Positions 37,892 through 39,220 of a stretch of DNA of 39,220 bases are shown piece by piece; the first letter of the stretch is position 1, and the number at the start of each line of letters is the position of its first letter. The notes under the pieces are model-generated. The model was not told the origin of the DNA. It made no database searches and was given only the letters and a program-made list of their open reading frames with translations. This stretch comes from a bacterium (GTDB lineage: Bacteria > Patescibacteriota > Patescibacteriia > UBA1558 > S5-K13), in NCBI GenBank assembly GCA_029555085.1, contig JAKPTO010000001.1, positions 1 to 39,220 of the forward strand, in the 5' to 3' direction. Both the position numbers and the translations under genes were made by a program.

Positions 37892-38218
37892 ATGTCAGAG
37901 TCAAAAGTATACGAAGCAAAAGAGTTCACAAAAGAAGTAACATTATTAATTGATATTGATTATCCCGATTTCAGGAGTTTTTATAAAAATTCAAAGGATA
38001 TTATTTATCGAAAAATTACTGATCTTTTTTTGGAATTAAAATCACCAGATGATGAAATTTTATTAACCGTATCTGCACGCGTGGATGGTTGTGATTTCAA
38101 TTCCGATTTTCTCATTAGTAAAACCAAAGAAGAGTGGTTAAAAAGCGGTGTGAAGAAATATTTTGAAGAAATCGAAGATTATGAAACTTGTAATAAAATC
38201 ATGAAGGTTTGTTTTTAG
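37892..38218 (+). CDS. hypothetical protein with C-terminal UVR-like motif
   Basis: Ends KYFEEIEDYETCNKI; lies directly after clpC. Confidence 0.65.
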   Translation: MSESKVYEAKEFTKEVTLLIDIDYPDFRSFYKNSKDIIYRKITDLFLELKSPDDEILLTVSARVDGCDFNSDFLISKTKEEWLKSGVKKYFEEIEDYETCNKIMKVCF

Positions 38219-38465
38219 TCGACCTTATTGGTGGTGGCGGAGTACCGAATTTTCGTCCCAACGTCATTTCTTTTCCACGTTCATAAGTACGTAATCCAAG
38301 CAAAACCGCAGCAAATCCCAATGCTTCTATTGCACTTTTATCGGTCCATATTATAAGATATATTGCAACGCCGATGAAAATGATTGCTAAGATTTTTTTT
38401 ACAGAATACTGACAATCCTCTTTAAAAAGGAGACATAAAATAAAATCAATAATTCTTTTAAACAT
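38199..38465 (-). CDS. holin-like membrane protein
   Basis: Two hydrophobic segments, LLGLRTYER motif and a basic C-terminus. Confidence 0.5.
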   Translation of the reverse strand: MFKRIIDFILCLLFKEDCQYSVKKILAIIFIGVAIYLIIWTDKSAIEALGFAAVLLGLRTYERGKEMTLGRKFGTPPPPIRSTKNKPS

Positions 38466-38466
38466 G

Positions 38467-38934
38467 TTATTTTTCGATTTTTCTGACTATTATTTTCGCG
38501 TTTCTTGTTGTGGTAGATGATATTGTATCTATTTCGTTATCATCAATAAAACTTTTTTTTTCCTCTAACGTTAGACCTTCCATATATTGAAGAAAATCTT
38601 GTTTGGTTAATGCATCGTCATTACTAATATATCTAACATATGATTTTTGAAGTGATTGAAGTTGTTTTTCAAATCTGTCAATATTTTTAGTATGATCTTC
38701 AAATTCTTTTCTTAAATTATTTTGACTTTGTAGTAATAAAGAATCTATTTTTTTCTGTGATTCTTGATTTTTCATCACTATCTCAACTTTTTCTTGCACT
38801 AGTTTAATACTATCATTCCATTTATCATATACTTTATATCCACCCAGAATAATACCGGCAAATGTCACGATAGTAAGATATTGACTACTAAAGAGCTTTA
38901 TGTGCTCCAATCCTTTTGTGAATTTTTTAAACAT
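38467..38934 (-). CDS. membrane-anchored coiled-coil protein
   Basis: One N-terminal TM segment (YLTIVTFAGIILGGY) then a coiled coil. TATTTATA at 38952-38959. Confidence 0.65.
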   Translation of the reverse strand: MFKKFTKGLEHIKLFSSQYLTIVTFAGIILGGYKVYDKWNDSIKLVQEKVEIVMKNQESQKKIDSLLLQSQNNLRKEFEDHTKNIDRFEKQLQSLQKSYVRYISNDDALTKQDFLQYMEGLTLEEKKSFIDDNEIDTISSTTTRNAKIIVRKIEK

Positions 38935-38961
38935 ATATAATCCCTCTTATCTATAAATATT

Positions 38962-39219
38962 CTATAATTTTATTCCTACCACTAAAATGTCGTCGGTTTG
39001 TTCATTATCACCACGCCATTTCAGAAGTTTTTGTTCAAGTAATTGTGCTTGATAAACTAAATTTAAATGGTGAACTTCAATTAACATTTCTTTAAAATTA
39101 TCACGCATTAATTTTCTATTTCGTGGGCCACCAAATTGATCAGTAATGCCATCGGTTAACATATAAATAATATCATTTTCCTGATATGGTATTTCTATTG
39201 TTTTAAATGTTTTTGTAAT
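38962..39219 (-). CDS. PP2C/SpoIIE-family Ser/Thr phosphatase, C-terminal part (partial)
   Basis: DIIYMLTDGITDQFGG....K and EQTDDILVVGIKL. The frame stays open to the window end. Confidence 0.85.
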   Translation of the reverse strand: MTKTFKTIEIPYQENDIIYMLTDGITDQFGGPRNRKLMRDNFKEMLIEVHHLNLVYQAQLLEQKLLKWRGDNEQTDDILVVGIKL

Positions 39220-39220
39220 A

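Noticed and set aside
1-39220. Stop-codon reassignment, as seen in some large Bacteroidota phages
   Set aside because: Core genes are full-length in code 11, and TAA, TGA and TAG all end genes at sensible positions.
1-39220. CRISPR array, tRNA or rRNA genes
   Set aside because: No regularly spaced repeats or cloverleaf-like segments were seen, and intergenic spaces are short. No covariance search was run.

Overview
AT-rich, gene-dense, standard-genetic-code segment of a large T4-like (myovirus/jumbo-type) phage genome. The host is most likely Bacteroidota: two TTTG-N20-TAnnTTTG promoters, few Shine-Dalgarno sites, a DUF4494-like gene, and Bacteroidota-style ClpC and SpoIIE genes. The plus-strand block (1-13.6 kb) holds a stand-alone WYL protein, three glycosyltransferases, dUTPase, degenerate HD and HAD proteins, a gp55-like sigma factor and probable baseplate/virion genes. 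The minus-strand block (13.7-35.2 kb) holds dCMP deaminase, a zinc-finger/PD-(D/E)xK/GNAT fusion, the head module (intein-containing terminase, portal, prohead protease, scaffold, major capsid), several acidic orphan proteins, a Pol-beta nucleotidyltransferase, KTSC and Hsp20. The window ends with an N-domain-less ClpC, a holin-like gene and a partial PP2C/SpoIIE phosphatase. Highlights: (1) a candidate capsid cargo-loading system, where an orphan carries a 12/16 copy of the scaffold C-terminal helix and many orphans share a leader helix ending in a gp21-type (L/I)xE site; (2) a TATTTATA upstream motif that is the reverse complement of the T4 late promoter; (3) a Gln-terminated intein with a decayed LAGLIDADG domain; (4) a nuclease fused to a Mom-like GNAT domain; (5) a ClpC/Hsp20/UVR-motif proteostasis module; (6) a pseudo-enzyme cluster. 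All calls come from motifs read by eye; no searches were run.
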